This document shows positions 30,678 through 40,751 of a DNA stretch of 64,000 nt, one piece after another; the first letter of the stretch is position 1, and the number at the start of each line of letters is the position of its first letter. A program made the translations under genes and the position numbers. A model generated the notes under the pieces. It did not search any database. It was not told the origin of the DNA and saw only the letters and a list, made by a program, of their open reading frames with translations. The DNA lies in assembly GCA_963734545.1 (NCBI GenBank), contig CAVTHO010000007.1:832001-896000 (forward strand). Reading direction: 5' to 3'. This stretch comes from an uncultured Spirochaetota bacterium (GTDB lineage Bacteria > Spirochaetota > Spirochaetia > SZUA-6 > Fen-1364).

Positions 30678-31893
30678 TTACAGTTTCAAGTCCGGGTTCG
30701 CGGGCCCGAAATGCTTGAGCATGACGAGGGGATCCGTGCGGGAGGGATTGGAAATGACCACGCCTTCACGCGCGGCCTTCTCGGTGACGAAGAACTCGTC
30801 CATGGTGAGCTGGCCGAAGCGAATGAGCGCCGGGCAATCGATGTCCCATGGCCCCATCTTCCCGTGTCCCTGCAGCAGGATCATGCCGTAGGCACCGCCG
30901 TCCTTGATGGTGACGGTCTTTCCCGGGAGCACGGTGAGCTCCTTGGCGCTGTATTCGGGGGACTTGTAGGAGATCCAGTTCTCGATGTATCCCTCCGCCT
31001 CCATCTCGGCGCGGGGCACGCACCGGCTTGGGGCTCATGAAATGCTGGGCGGCGAAATCCGGATCCACGTTCGCCTCCCAGTCGAGGACCTCGATCAGGT
31101 AGTCGAGATTGCCCACCTTCTCCGGCGGAGTGTTCTTCCAGAGCAGCTCCTCGGGGATGATGGCGTCCCCGGTGAGGGACTGGTACATGGCGAATATGTC
31201 GGAGGCCTTCTGGGGCTCGTAGGTGCACAGGCTGCCCGGCGCGTGCAGGATGCCCGCCGGCACGTCCCAGCCGGTGCCCGGCTCCAGGCGGTAGGCGGTG
31301 GACAGGTTGGTGATCTTGTTGTCCCCCTTGGAGAAGTTCAGCAGGCACTCTCGGACCTGGTCCTTCGTGGTCCCGGGCGCAGGCCGAAGAAGGTGTACGG
31401 GAAGTCGGCCCCGTAGTTGTTGTTCTGCACCGGGAAGTAGTACGACTCGGGCTTGCCCATCTGGCCCACCAGCTTCGCGTGCTTCTCCCGATGATGGACG
31501 TGGTGCGGCAGCGGCCCCTTGTTGTCGAAGAACTTGGAGTACATCGGCCACGCCTGGTAGGCCTTCCAGATGCGGTCGCCGATGATCTGCCCCTTCAGCT
31601 CCGCGATGGCGTCGCGCAGCGTCGACCTTCTCCACGCGGGAGCCGTCCTCCACGACGACGAAGCTCAGGCCCTCGTCCGTGCTCGTCTTCGGCCCGTTGT
31701 CGGCGGGCGTGGTGGAGGAGAACCAGCGCTCGTCGATCCCGCCGCGCTCTCCGCCGAAGGCGTAGTAGTCGTCCGGGTGGAGCTTGATCCTCCGCCCGGG
31801 AACGCAGAAGGAACGCGGCACCCAGTTGGGCGCCAGCCGGAGAATGCCCTTGCCCTGTTCCAGGGCCCGTTCAGCAATATCGCGAGCTGCCAT
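30678..31893 (-). CDS. Uncharacterised cupin, class I phosphomannose-isomerase-like (about three frameshifts)
   Basis: GGIDERWFSS, KFFDN..PLPHHVHH, KPESYYF, ILHAPGSLCTYEPQ, LKHFGP across frames. Confidence 0.75.
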
Positions 31894-31923
31894 GCTTTGT
31901 CTCCTTCCCTTATTCCGACGGCG

Positions 31924-32862
31924 CTAGGCGGATTCCTGGCGCAGGCGGTCCAGCAGAACCGCGCCGATGATGATCAATCCCTTCACGAGGAGCTGGAAGT
32001 AGGGGGAAATTCCCAGCAGGTTCATCCCATTGTTGATCACGCCGATCAGGAGCGCTCCCACCAGGGTGCCCCACACGCTCCCCCTGCCTCCGTTGAGGCT
32101 GGTGCCTCCAATGACCACGGCGGCAATGACATCCAGCTCGTACCCCTGGCCCGCCACCGGCTCGGCCGAATTGAGGCGCGAGGTCAGGATGAGCGCGCTC
32201 ATGGCGGCGGTGATACCCGAGATCACGTAGACGATGGTCTTGTAGAAATCCGAGTTTATTCCGGAAAGCTTCACCGTCTCCTCGTTGCCGCCGATCGCGT
32301 ACGTGTACCGGCCGAGGCGCGTCTGCGTCAGGATCAGCCAGGCCGCGACGACCGTGAGAAGGAAGACGATGATGGGAAAGGGGATCGAAAGGACATCTCC
32401 CCCTCCCACGAAACGAAAGGGGCCGGTGAAGCCGCTGATGGGGTAGCCCTTTGTATAGATGAGGGTGAGGCTGCGCGCGATGCTCATCATTCCGAGTGTC
32501 ACGACGAACGGCGCGATACGGCCCAGGGTGATGAGAAGCCCGTTCGCGAGCCCGCACCCGATGCCGATGACGAGTGCCAGGAGCACGACGGGCACGATCC
32601 CGGAGCCCCCCTTCAGCATGCCGGCCGCAATGGCCCCTGCCACGGCGAGGATCGAGCCCACCGAAAGGTCGATGCCCCCGGTGAGGATGACGAAGGTCAT
32701 GCCGATGGCCATGACCCCGAAGATGGAGGACTGGCGCACCACATTGAGGATGTTTGTCACCGTGAGAAAAACCGGTGAGAGAATGGTCATGAGGATGCAG
32801 ATGATGATGAACGCGATGACGATGCCATAGGATCGCATGATGCGGCTGATGTCGAGTTTCAT
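31924..32862 (-). CDS. Monosaccharide ABC permease (RbsC-like)
   Basis: GGIDLSVGS, GRYTYAIGGN, YELDVIAAVVIGG. Confidence 0.93.
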   Translation of the reverse strand: MKLDISRIMRSYGIVIAFIIICILMTILSPVFLTVTNILNVVRQSSIFGVMAIGMTFVILTGGIDLSVGSILAVAGAIAAGMLKGGSGIVPVVLLALVIGIGCGLANGLLITLGRIAPFVVTLGMMSIARSLTLIYTKGYPISGFTGPFRFVGGGDVLSIPFPIIVFLLTVVAAWLILTQTRLGRYTYAIGGNEETVKLSGINSDFYKTIVYVISGITAAMSALILTSRLNSAEPVAGQGYELDVIAAVVIGGTSLNGGRGSVWGTLVGALLIGVINNGMNLLGISPYFQLLVKGLIIIGAVLLDRLRQESA

Positions 32863-34400
32863 GCGCGCGCTCCTTCCCCCCCCGGTGCCGGGGTGTCGTT
32901 CGTGCCGAGCCCGAGTGCGTAACTCATCACCTGTTCCTCCGTGGCCTCGCCGCGGCTGAATTCCTTCACGATTCGCCCGCCGTAGACGACGAGCATGCGG
33001 GTGGAAACATACATTACCTCCGGCAGGTCGGAGGAGATCATGATGACGGCGGCCCCCTTCGACGCGAGGGACTGCATGAGCCGGTAGATCTCGGCCTTGG
33101 CGCCGACGTCGATGCCGCGCGTCGGCTCGTCGAAGATGTAGACCTCGCAGTTGCGGACGAACCATTTCGAGAGCACGACCTTCTGCTGGTTGCCGCCGGA
33201 GAGATTGCGCACCGTCTGCTGCAGCGAGGGGGTCTTGATCCCCAGGCTCCTCACCATTTCCATCACGCGCCCGACGATGTCCCGCCATCGGATGAAGCCC
33301 AGCGTGTGGTGGAGGTCGAAGATCGTGAGCGCGGAATTATCCATCACGGAGAGACCGAGGACGAGACCCTGCTTCTTGCGCTCTTCGGGGATAAGGGCGA
33401 TGCCGTTGCGGACCGCATCCCGCGTGGTACGGATCCGGATTTCCTTCCCCCTCATGAATATCTTTCCGGCATGCTTGCCCCGATAGCCGTAGATCAATTG
33501 CATGATCTCCGTGCGTCCCGCTCCCACGAGACCGGCAAACCCGAGGATCTCACCCTTGCGGATGCTGAAGGACACATCGGTGCAGATGCCCTTCTTGGTC
33601 AGTCCTTCGACGCGGAGAACCTCCTCGTCGGAAGGCGGGGCGGGCTGGGGAAACTGCTCGGTGAGCTTGCGCCCCACCATGTGCTTGATGATGTCGTCCA
33701 CCGTCAGGGAAGTGAGAGGCGCGGTGATGATCCGTTCCCCGTCCCTCAGGATCGTCACCCGGTCCGCGACCTCGTGCAGCTCTTCCAGCCGGTGCGATAT
33801 GTAGGCGATGGATACGCCGCCCGACTTGAGATTGCGGATGATCTCGAAGAGGCGGCCGACCTCGCTTCCTGTCAGCGGTGCGGTCGGCTCATCCATGACG
33901 AGGATGGCGGATTTCAGGGAAAGCGCCTTGGCGATCTCCACTACCTGCTGATAGGCGGGGCCGATCGAATGTATCTTGGCGCGCGGATCCAGGGCGAGGT
34001 TGAATGGCGCCAGCAGCTCCTCCACCCGACCCCACATCTTCCTCCAATCGATAAGCCCGCCGGCACGGAGAGGCTCGCGTCCAAGAAAGATGTTTTCTGC
34101 CACGGAAAGGTAGGGAACGAGTGTCAGCTCCTGGTAGATGACGCTCACGCCCGCATCGATCATTGCCTTGGGGCCGCTGGGGACGATCTTCTGATTCCGG
34201 AGCCATATCTCGCCTTCGTCGGCCCGGTACACGCCGGCGAGAATCTTCATCAGCGTGGATTTGCCGGCGCCGTTCTCCCCCACCAGAGCATGCACCTCAC
34301 CCGGCACGAGGTCATAGTCGACGCTCATGAGCGCTTTGACCCCGGGAAAGCTCTTTCTGATGGCCACCATTCTCAGCAGTGTTTCCATGCGCGCGCTCAC
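32859..34400 (-). CDS. Monosaccharide ABC ATPase (RbsA-like)
   Basis: GENGAGKST, MDEPTA, LSGGNQQKV, DEPTRGIDVG. Confidence 0.95.
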   Translation of the reverse strand: MSARMETLLRMVAIRKSFPGVKALMSVDYDLVPGEVHALVGENGAGKSTLMKILAGVYRADEGEIWLRNQKIVPSGPKAMIDAGVSVIYQELTLVPYLSVAENIFLGREPLRAGGLIDWRKMWGRVEELLAPFNLALDPRAKIHSIGPAYQQVVEIAKALSLKSAILVMDEPTAPLTGSEVGRLFEIIRNLKSGGVSIAYISHRLEELHEVADRVTILRDGERIITAPLTSLTVDDIIKHMVGRKLTEQFPQPAPPSDEEVLRVEGLTKKGICTDVSFSIRKGEILGFAGLVGAGRTEIMQLIYGYRGKHAGKIFMRGKEIRIRTTRDAVRNGIALIPEERKKQGLVLGLSVMDNSALTIFDLHHTLGFIRWRDIVGRVMEMVRSLGIKTPSLQQTVRNLSGGNQQKVVLSKWFVRNCEVYIFDEPTRGIDVGAKAEIYRLMQSLASKGAAVIMISSDLPEVMYVSTRMLVVYGGRIVKEFSRGEATEEQVMSYALGLGTNDTPAPGGEGARA

Positions 34401-34416
34401 GTTCCTTGTAACAGGA

Positions 34417-34443
34417 AGGCCGGTGCCCGTCCAGCACCGGCCT
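34417..34443 (-). terminator. Stem-loop after the binding-protein gene
   Basis: Perfect 10-bp stem AGGCCGGTGC/GCACCGGCCT; weak U-tract. Confidence 0.55.
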
Positions 34444-34463
34444 GTGAATGAAGAGTGAAGTCC

Positions 34464-35381
34464 CTAGGGTGCCGACGTCACCGCTTTCGGAGCGATGTAG
34501 ACCACCGGATTCGGCGGCATCTTCTTGTTCTTGATATAGTCCACGAGGTAGCCCAGCGCCTGCCCGGCCTGCGCGCCAGGGTACTGGTCGATGGTTGCGC
34601 CCAGCTTGCCATCCTTCATGTAGGCGAACGCGTCCGGAGTGGCATCGAATCCGGCCGTCACCTTGGTCTTCGGATCGATGCCGGCGGAGGACATCGCCTC
34701 GATAGCGCCGATGATCATCTCGTCGTTCGCGCCGAATACCCCGTCGAATTTCGGATACGCCTGCATCAGGTTCTCCATGACGGAGTTGCCCTTCGCGCGG
34801 CCGAACTCGGCGGTCTGGCTGACGAGGATCTTGACGCCCGAGGTGGCGATCACTTCGTCGAAGCCTTTCTTGCGGTCGATTGCAGGGGAAGATCCGGTGG
34901 TTCCCTCGAGCTCGATGATCCCGCCTTTGCCGCCGAGCTTCTGGATCATGTACCGCGCCGCGGCCCTGCCCCCTTCGACGTTGTCCGCGCCCACGTGCAC
35001 GAGCACCTTGTCGGTGTTGGCCTTGCGGTCGACGGTGGCCACGGGGATCCCCGCTTTCACCGCTGCTTCGATTGCCGGCACGAGGGAATCCACCGTCATC
35101 GGGGAGATGAGGATGGCATTCACCTTCTGCGCGACAAACCCTTCGATGGCTGCCGCCTGCTTCGCAGAGTCGTTCTGCGCGTCGACGAACACGATTTTCG
35201 CGCCGAGTTTCGCCGCCGCCGCGTCTGCGTCATTCTTCATCGTGACGAAGAATGGAAATTGGAGACCCGGCACTGTCATGCCGATGACGATCTCACCGCC
35301 CCCTTCCTTCGCGCCCCCTGCAAACGCGGCGAAAGGAAGAATCAGAAATACAACAATACCGATGAATAACAGCTTCTTCAT
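34464..35381 (-). CDS. Monosaccharide ABC substrate-binding protein (RbsB-like)
   Basis: Signal peptide ending FAGG..E, VGADNVEGG, ANDEM..GA, GFDA. Confidence 0.92.
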   Translation of the reverse strand: MKKLLFIGIVVFLILPFAAFAGGAKEGGGEIVIGMTVPGLQFPFFVTMKNDADAAAAKLGAKIVFVDAQNDSAKQAAAIEGFVAQKVNAILISPMTVDSLVPAIEAAVKAGIPVATVDRKANTDKVLVHVGADNVEGGRAAARYMIQKLGGKGGIIELEGTTGSSPAIDRKKGFDEVIATSGVKILVSQTAEFGRAKGNSVMENLMQAYPKFDGVFGANDEMIIGAIEAMSSAGIDPKTKVTAGFDATPDAFAYMKDGKLGATIDQYPGAQAGQALGYLVDYIKNKKMPPNPVVYIAPKAVTSAP

Positions 35382-35518
35382 TCGTTCATCCTCCCTCATC
35401 AACTTCTGGAAGACCGATCAAAGGCCTTCCTCGCTATCAAGACCGTCGAAATGGATCGCCAGGCGATCCCCGCGCAAGTCGTCTCCCGGACCTTCCCACC
35501 TCCTTTCAGATCCCCCGC

Positions 35519-35544
35519 TGAAACCGATTGCGCAATCGATTCCA
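35519..35544. promoter_or_regulatory. Tandem overlapping LacI-family operators
   Basis: TGAAACCGATTGCG and CGCAATCGATTCCA, both fitting the TGNAANCGNTTNCA-type consensus; central perfect palindrome CGATTGCGCAATCG. Confidence 0.75.
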
Positions 35545-35562
35545 CAACAGGGAACAATATTC

Positions 35563-36561
35563 TCAAATCGCTGCGGTTGACTCACGGACTACTACCCCAG
35601 GATCGATCACGATCTTCCGAGCGCTCCGCCCGTCATCCTGTTTCAGGGAAAGCAGCAGCTCAACGGCCTTCTCGCATATCTCCTCGAAAGGCTGACTGAC
35701 GGTGGTCAGCGCGGGACTGATCATCCTGGCGAGCCCGATATCATCCATTCCCATCAGTGAAATGTCCCGGGGCACCGTCTTTCCCACCGTGACAATGAAC
35801 TTCAGCGCGCCGACAGCCATCAGGTCGTTCTGCGCCCAGATCGCGGTGATCTCCGGATGCTTGAGCAGAATCTGCCGCGCACCCTGGATTCCAGACTCGA
35901 ACTTGAAATCCCCTTCGAAGATGGCATCCTCCTGCAGGAGAAGGCCATGGCGATCGAGGACCTCTCTCAGGCCCGCGATGCGTTCACGGCACAAAGCGAT
36001 CTTCAAGGGCCCGGAAATACAGCCGATCCTTCTGTGCCCGAGGCCGACCAGATGCTCGCCCGCAAATTGCCCTGCTTTCCGATTGTCCAGGACGACGCTT
36101 GCGAGCTCCTCCTTCTCCGCTGCCCGGTCGATCACCACCACGGGGACCTGCGACCGGGTGATGATCTTCATCACCCGGCTCTCGTCAGAAACACGGGAGA
36201 AGATGATGCCATCGACATGACGGCGCACAAGGCTGTCGATGAAGATTTCTTCGATCTCGGGATCGTCCTTGTGGTTCCCCACGATCAACCCGTAGCCCCG
36301 GGCAAAAGTGCTTTCCTCGATGAACTGGATGAAGCTGGCGAACGTGTGGTGCACGATCTCCGGTACGACGAGACCGATGATCTGGCTGCTCTTGATCCGC
36401 AGTCCTTTCGCAAGGAGATTGGGCTTGTAGTTGAGCTTTCTGATGGCTTCCTCGACGACCCGGCGCGTGGCTTCGTCCACCGGGATGCTCTTGTTGATCA
36501 CCCGGGAGACCGTGGATTCCGAGACATCAGCCAACCTTGCAACATCTTTCATCGATGCCAT
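35563..36561 (-). CDS. LacI-family transcriptional regulator
   Basis: MKDVARLADVSESTVSRVIN HTH, YKPN, NDLMAVG, PALTTVSQP. Confidence 0.95.
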   Translation of the reverse strand: MASMKDVARLADVSESTVSRVINKSIPVDEATRRVVEEAIRKLNYKPNLLAKGLRIKSSQIIGLVVPEIVHHTFASFIQFIEESTFARGYGLIVGNHKDDPEIEEIFIDSLVRRHVDGIIFSRVSDESRVMKIITRSQVPVVVIDRAAEKEELASVVLDNRKAGQFAGEHLVGLGHRRIGCISGPLKIALCRERIAGLREVLDRHGLLLQEDAIFEGDFKFESGIQGARQILLKHPEITAIWAQNDLMAVGALKFIVTVGKTVPRDISLMGMDDIGLARMISPALTTVSQPFEEICEKAVELLLSLKQDDGRSARKIVIDPGVVVRESTAAI

Positions 36562-36586
36562 ATACTGTAGCTGACCTTGTCCTTTA

Positions 36587-36603
36587 TGAAATCGATTGCG
36601 CAA
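36587..36603. promoter_or_regulatory. LacI-family operator in the divergent lacI/ulaE region
   Basis: TGAAATCGATTGCGCAA, 16/17 identical to 35519-35535. Confidence 0.75.
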
Positions 36604-36687
36604 ATATTGGCAGAGATTGGGGGCTCTGTCAACAGATTTGAGATAGAGCTTCTGATGTTGAGGGAGCTCGATATTCCAGGAGGAAAC

Positions 36688-37554
36688 ATGTCGAAGCCGA
36701 GTCGACCGGTCCTGGGCATCTACGAAAAGGCTCTTCCGGAGGGCCTGGGCTGGCCGGACCTCCTCGCGGCGGCAGGAAAGGCCGGGTACGAGTACGTCGA
36801 GATGTCCATCGACGAATCGGATGCCCGGCTGTCAAGGCTTTCCTGGAGCAGGCAGGACAAGTCGGACTTCCGCCGCGCTGTGGACGAGGCGGGGGTGCCC
36901 GTCCGTTCCATCTGCCTCTCCGGCCACCGGCGGTTCCCCTTTGGCAGCGCCGATGCGCAGGTCCGGGAGCGGGCCAGAGAGATCATGCGCGGTGCGATCG
37001 AACTCGCCGCCGATACAGGGATCCGCACCATCCAGCTTGCCGGGTACGATGTGTACTACGAACCTTCCACCACGGAGTCTCTCGCCCGTTTCCAGGAGGG
37101 TCTTGCCTGGGCAGTCGGCCTCGCCGCGGAAGCACAGGTCCTCCTCGCCATGGAGACCATGGACACCCCTCTTTTGAGCTCGATACGCAAGTGGCTTCCG
37201 TACGCGCAGGCCATTCCGAGTCCCTGGTTCCAGGTCTACCCCGACCTGGGCAACCTGTCCGCCTGGGGCGCCAACGTTCCCGAGGAGCTCGCGCTGGCCG
37301 CGGGCCGAATCGCGGCGGTGCACCTCAAGGATACGGTCGCGCCAGTCCCCGGCATCCTCGGGCGTTTCCGGGGCGTCCCTTTCGGATCAGGATGCGTCGA
37401 CTTTGTCGCGGCTTTCCGCGCGCTCGACAGGCTGGGGTACCGCGGCTGCTACCTCATCGAGATGTGGGCAGGCTCCTCGCCCGACCCCGCGGCCGATTGC
37501 GTGGCGGCCCGCAGATGGATCCTTTCGCGCATGGCGGAGGCGGGTATCGCGTGA
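36688..37554 (+). CDS. ulaE: L-ribulose-5-phosphate 3-epimerase (UlaE/SgbU)
   Basis: LGIYEKALP, EMSIDESD.RL.RL, SICLSGHRRFPFGS, IQLAGYDVYYE, YPDLGNLSAW, IEMW. Confidence 0.92.
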   Translation: MSKPSRPVLGIYEKALPEGLGWPDLLAAAGKAGYEYVEMSIDESDARLSRLSWSRQDKSDFRRAVDEAGVPVRSICLSGHRRFPFGSADAQVRERAREIMRGAIELAADTGIRTIQLAGYDVYYEPSTTESLARFQEGLAWAVGLAAEAQVLLAMETMDTPLLSSIRKWLPYAQAIPSPWFQVYPDLGNLSAWGANVPEELALAAGRIAAVHLKDTVAPVPGILGRFRGVPFGSGCVDFVAAFRALDRLGYRGCYLIEMWAGSSPDPAADCVAARRWILSRMAEAGIA

Positions 37555-37580
37555 ATGGGGGCTAGGTGAAAGCCGCGGAC

Positions 37581-37775
37581 TCAGGCGTCCGGGTGCTGAT
37601 ACAGGACCTTCTTCGTCAGTATCTGCTTCAAGGCGGTAGATACGATCTTGCCCTTGTTGGCTTCCAGTTCGTCGTCACCCGCAAGATTGATTTGAATGCT
37701 GCGCTTCATTGCCGCGCAGGTCATTTCATATACATTGCCCTGGAAGCTTTCCAGGAGATCCAGAGGAAGTACCAT
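37581..37775 (-). CDS. rpoZ: RNA polymerase omega subunit, short spirochaete type
   Basis: MVLPL..L....GNVYEMTCAA.KR...GKIVS.AL; follows yicC-cmk. Confidence 0.8.
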   Translation of the reverse strand: MVLPLDLLESFQGNVYEMTCAAMKRSIQINLAGDDELEANKGKIVSTALKQILTKKVLYQHPDA

Positions 37776-37809
37776 GGTGACCAGAGTGTACCTCTTTTGG
37801 CCCGGTTGA

Positions 37810-38395
37810 TCAAGGCATGCGGGACCGTGAAGCCCCTGCTCCCGGCATCTCGCCCGCATGTGCCACTATTTCCTCCGCCACCTCTTCCTGGGTCAATGAG
37901 GCGGTATCCACCACAAGGGCGGCAAAGCCGAACCGGTCTATGTCGTAGCCGTACAACCGGGAATAGCGGTCACGATCCCGCCTGTCCCGTTCGTCTGTTT
38001 CCACCAGCGTGACTGCCCGGATCCTTGGATTCGCGCTTTGCAATCCTGCCTGCCCTGACTTCCAGGGGGGCGCGCAGGTAGACGGTGAAGGCGGTGTCGC
38101 GGAGCAGCCAGATGGCCAGGCGCGAGCCCAGCACCACTCCGCCCTGTTCAGCCAGCTGGACCTGCATCCGATCGATGGTCAGGTCGTATTGAGGGTCCAC
38201 CTCCGCCCTGCGGCAGATTTCTTCGAAGCTCAATCCCTGTTCACGTGCCAGGTCCTTGAAGGTATAGTTGATGAGGCGAAGCCCGAGCCTGTCGGCAACG
38301 AGCCGGGAGACGGTGGAGTTCCCGCAGCCGCTCTTTCCCGAAATCGCGATGCGCAATCTGCCGTCCCGCGCGCCGCGTCCTGCTTCATTCGACAT
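37810..38395 (-). CDS. cmk: Cytidylate kinase-like protein (frameshift near 38030)
   Basis: IAISGKSGCGNSTVS, VLGSRLAIW, RD..RY..LYG.D. Confidence 0.85.
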
Positions 38396-39252
38396 TGCGC
38401 AATCTGCTCCCGTATCTTCTCCAGGGAGTCCTTCACCGCGATCACCGCCTGGTCGATCTCCAGGCTGATGCTCTTGGATCCGATGGTGTTGATTTCCCTG
38501 CCCAGCTCCTGGCAGACGAAATCCAGCCGCTTTCCCTGCTGCCCGTCGCGGCCAAGGGCATCCCGCAGGCTCTCCAGGTGCGCCTTCATGCGCTGCACCT
38601 CTTCGTTGACGTCGGAACGCATGAGCTGCACGGCGGTCTCCGCGAGGATGCGGGACTCGTCCACGCCCTCTCCCAGCAGCTCCTTGAAGCGCTCCCGCAG
38701 GCCTTCTTTTATCCTTCTCTCTATCTCCGGTACCTGCGCTTCGATGCCGGCAAGGCGCACCCGGATGTCTTCGGCGCATCTGCCGATGTCCTGCTCTGTC
38801 TTGCGACCCTCCGCTGCGCGGGACTTGTCGAATTCGGCGAACACTTTTTCCAGGAGCGGCGTGAGCAGAGCCCAGAGCGCCTCGGGGTCCTTGCGGCTCA
38901 CCGTTTTCAGCACCCCCTCCAGTCCCATGAGCGCGCCGAGCCCCGGTCTTTCACGTACTCCCGCCAGCCGTCGGAGCTCCTCCAGGGCGGTCAGATAGGT
39001 GCGCACCCGGGCATGATCGACGAAAACATCGCTCTCCTCTTCCAGCTCCGTGACGGAGAGATAGAACTCTATCTTGCCTCGTTGGATGCGCGCGGAGAGG
39101 TATTCACGCACCCGCGGCTCGAGCTGCTTGATGCTGTACGGCAGATTGATGAACAGGTCGAGGTACCTGTTGTTGTACGAGCGCATCTCCAGCATCATGT
39201 GGACGCGGCTGTCGCGGTGCTCTCCGTGTCCGAAACCCGTCATGCTCTTCAT
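38385..39252 (-). CDS. yicC: YicC/YloC-family endoribonuclease (one extra base near 38402)
   Basis: MKSMTGFG, RSYNNRYLD, GKRLDF..QE..RE.NTIGSK; corrected end IREQLRNVE*. Confidence 0.92.
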
Positions 39253-40751
39253 CGCGCTCCCCTGAACCTGGAGAGAAGCTCCCGGCCGAGCTTCCAGTTG
39301 TCCCCTGCCCCCATCGTAATAAAAAGATCGCCGGGCTTCAGCTCCGAGACGAGAAAAGGAGCTGCATCGAGGGGCTCCGGGAAGTATGTCACCCGGGGAT
39401 GGCTCCGCGACACTTCCTGGTAGAGGTCCCGGGCCGTGATCCCCCCGTCGTCCTGCTCCCGCGCGGAGGCGTAGATCCGGTGCAGGATCACGCTGTCCGC
39501 CGCATGGAAGCATTTTCCGAACTCGGGCAGAAGCGCGCGCGTGCGTGAATACGTGTGTGACATGAAGTCGACGACAAGACGCCTCTCGGGATAGAAACCG
39601 CGAACTCCGGCCAGTGTCGTTTCGATTGCCGTCGGGTGATGCGCGTAGTCGTCCATGAAAAGAACGCCTCCCGCCTCACCCACGATCTCGCTGCGTCTCC
39701 TGCTGCCGGCGAATGTTTCGATGGCGCGCGACGCGGCTGTCACATCCATGGCGAGGTCCTCGTCCCGGCGCGGTACTCCGCGCATTCTCTCGTCCCGCTC
39801 GGCTGCCCAAAGAAGGCTGCACAGCGCGAGTGCGGCAGCCGCGTTCAGCACGTTGTGCGCACCGGGGATCCTGAGCGTAAAAGTGGTCCGCCAGCCGGCA
39901 AGGGTGAAGCGGGTACGTCCCTGACCAGTCTCTTCCCGGCTGACCTTGAAGGGGCCGTCGGCGCTCCTGCCGTAGGGTATCATCACCAGGTCTTCTCTTT
40001 GCGCGCGAATGCGCGCGGCTGCCGTCCGTGCGCCGGGGTCGTCGCTGCAGTAGATCAGGGCGCCGCCGGGCGGCAGCGAAGCGCCATAGGAGGTGAAGGC
40101 GGAAAGCATGTCCTCCAGGTCGCGAAAATAGTCGAGATGGTCGGGCTCGATGCTGGTGATCACGATCCGCCGTGCGCGGAAGTTCAGGAAGTGACGACGG
40201 TACTCGCAGGTTTCGGCCACCAGAAAGCGCTCCCCCTGGACGAGCGTGGAGCGCCCGCCGAAGGACGGCACCTCCGCGCCCACGAGCACCGTGGCCGGAA
40301 AGCCCCATTCCTTCAGAATCGCGCCGCAGAGAGCGGTGGTCGTCGATTTCCCGTGCACCCCGCTGATGCCGCTCGAGTCGGAAACCTCGGAGAGCAGGCC
40401 CAGCGCTTCCGGGTAGCTGAGGGAAGGGATGCCGCGGGTCGCTGCGGCTATGAGCTCGGGGTTCTCATTCTTTTTGTACGCCGCGGAATGGACGACCAGC
40501 CGCGCGTCCTCCGGCAGGTTCTCAGCGGCAAAAGATTCGCGATAGGGAATGGAAAGGTGCTGCAGGAGGGCATCTGTATAGAACTTTTCGGCCGTGTCGG
40601 AACCGGTGATTCGGGCGCCGCGCGCGGAAAGGATCTCGGCAAGGGCAGCCATTCCCGTCCCCTTGATGCCCACAAGGTGGACCGGAAAACCGGCAAGGGA
40701 TTCAGGAAGCCGAAATGTCTCGGTCACAGGCTGTGCCGGGGCGCTCTGCAT
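39249..40751 (-). CDS. murC: UDP-N-acetylmuramate--L-alanine ligase
   Basis: VGIKGTGMAALA, GVHGKSTTT, DHLDYF, DDYAHHPTAI, MGAGD. Confidence 0.95.
   Translation of the reverse strand: MQSAPAQPVTETFRLPESLAGFPVHLVGIKGTGMAALAEILSARGARITGSDTAEKFYTDALLQHLSIPYRESFAAENLPEDARLVVHSAAYKKNENPELIAAATRGIPSLSYPEALGLLSEVSDSSGISGVHGKSTTTALCGAILKEWGFPATVLVGAEVPSFGGRSTLVQGERFLVAETCEYRRHFLNFRARRIVITSIEPDHLDYFRDLEDMLSAFTSYGASLPPGGALIYCSDDPGARTAAARIRAQREDLVMIPYGRSADGPFKVSREETGQGRTRFTLAGWRTTFTLRIPGAHNVLNAAAALALCSLLWAAERDERMRGVPRRDEDLAMDVTAASRAIETFAGSRRRSEIVGEAGGVLFMDDYAHHPTAIETTLAGVRGFYPERRLVVDFMSHTYSRTRALLPEFGKCFHAADSVILHRIYASAREQDDGGITARDLYQEVSRSHPRVTYFPEPLDAAPFLVSELKPGDLFITMGAGDNWKLGRELLSRFRGAR
39768..39786 (+). 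repeat. Palindromic REP-like element inside murC
   Basis: GCGCGG-TACT-CCGCGC-ATT, within the segment ERMRGVPRRDED. Confidence 0.6.
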
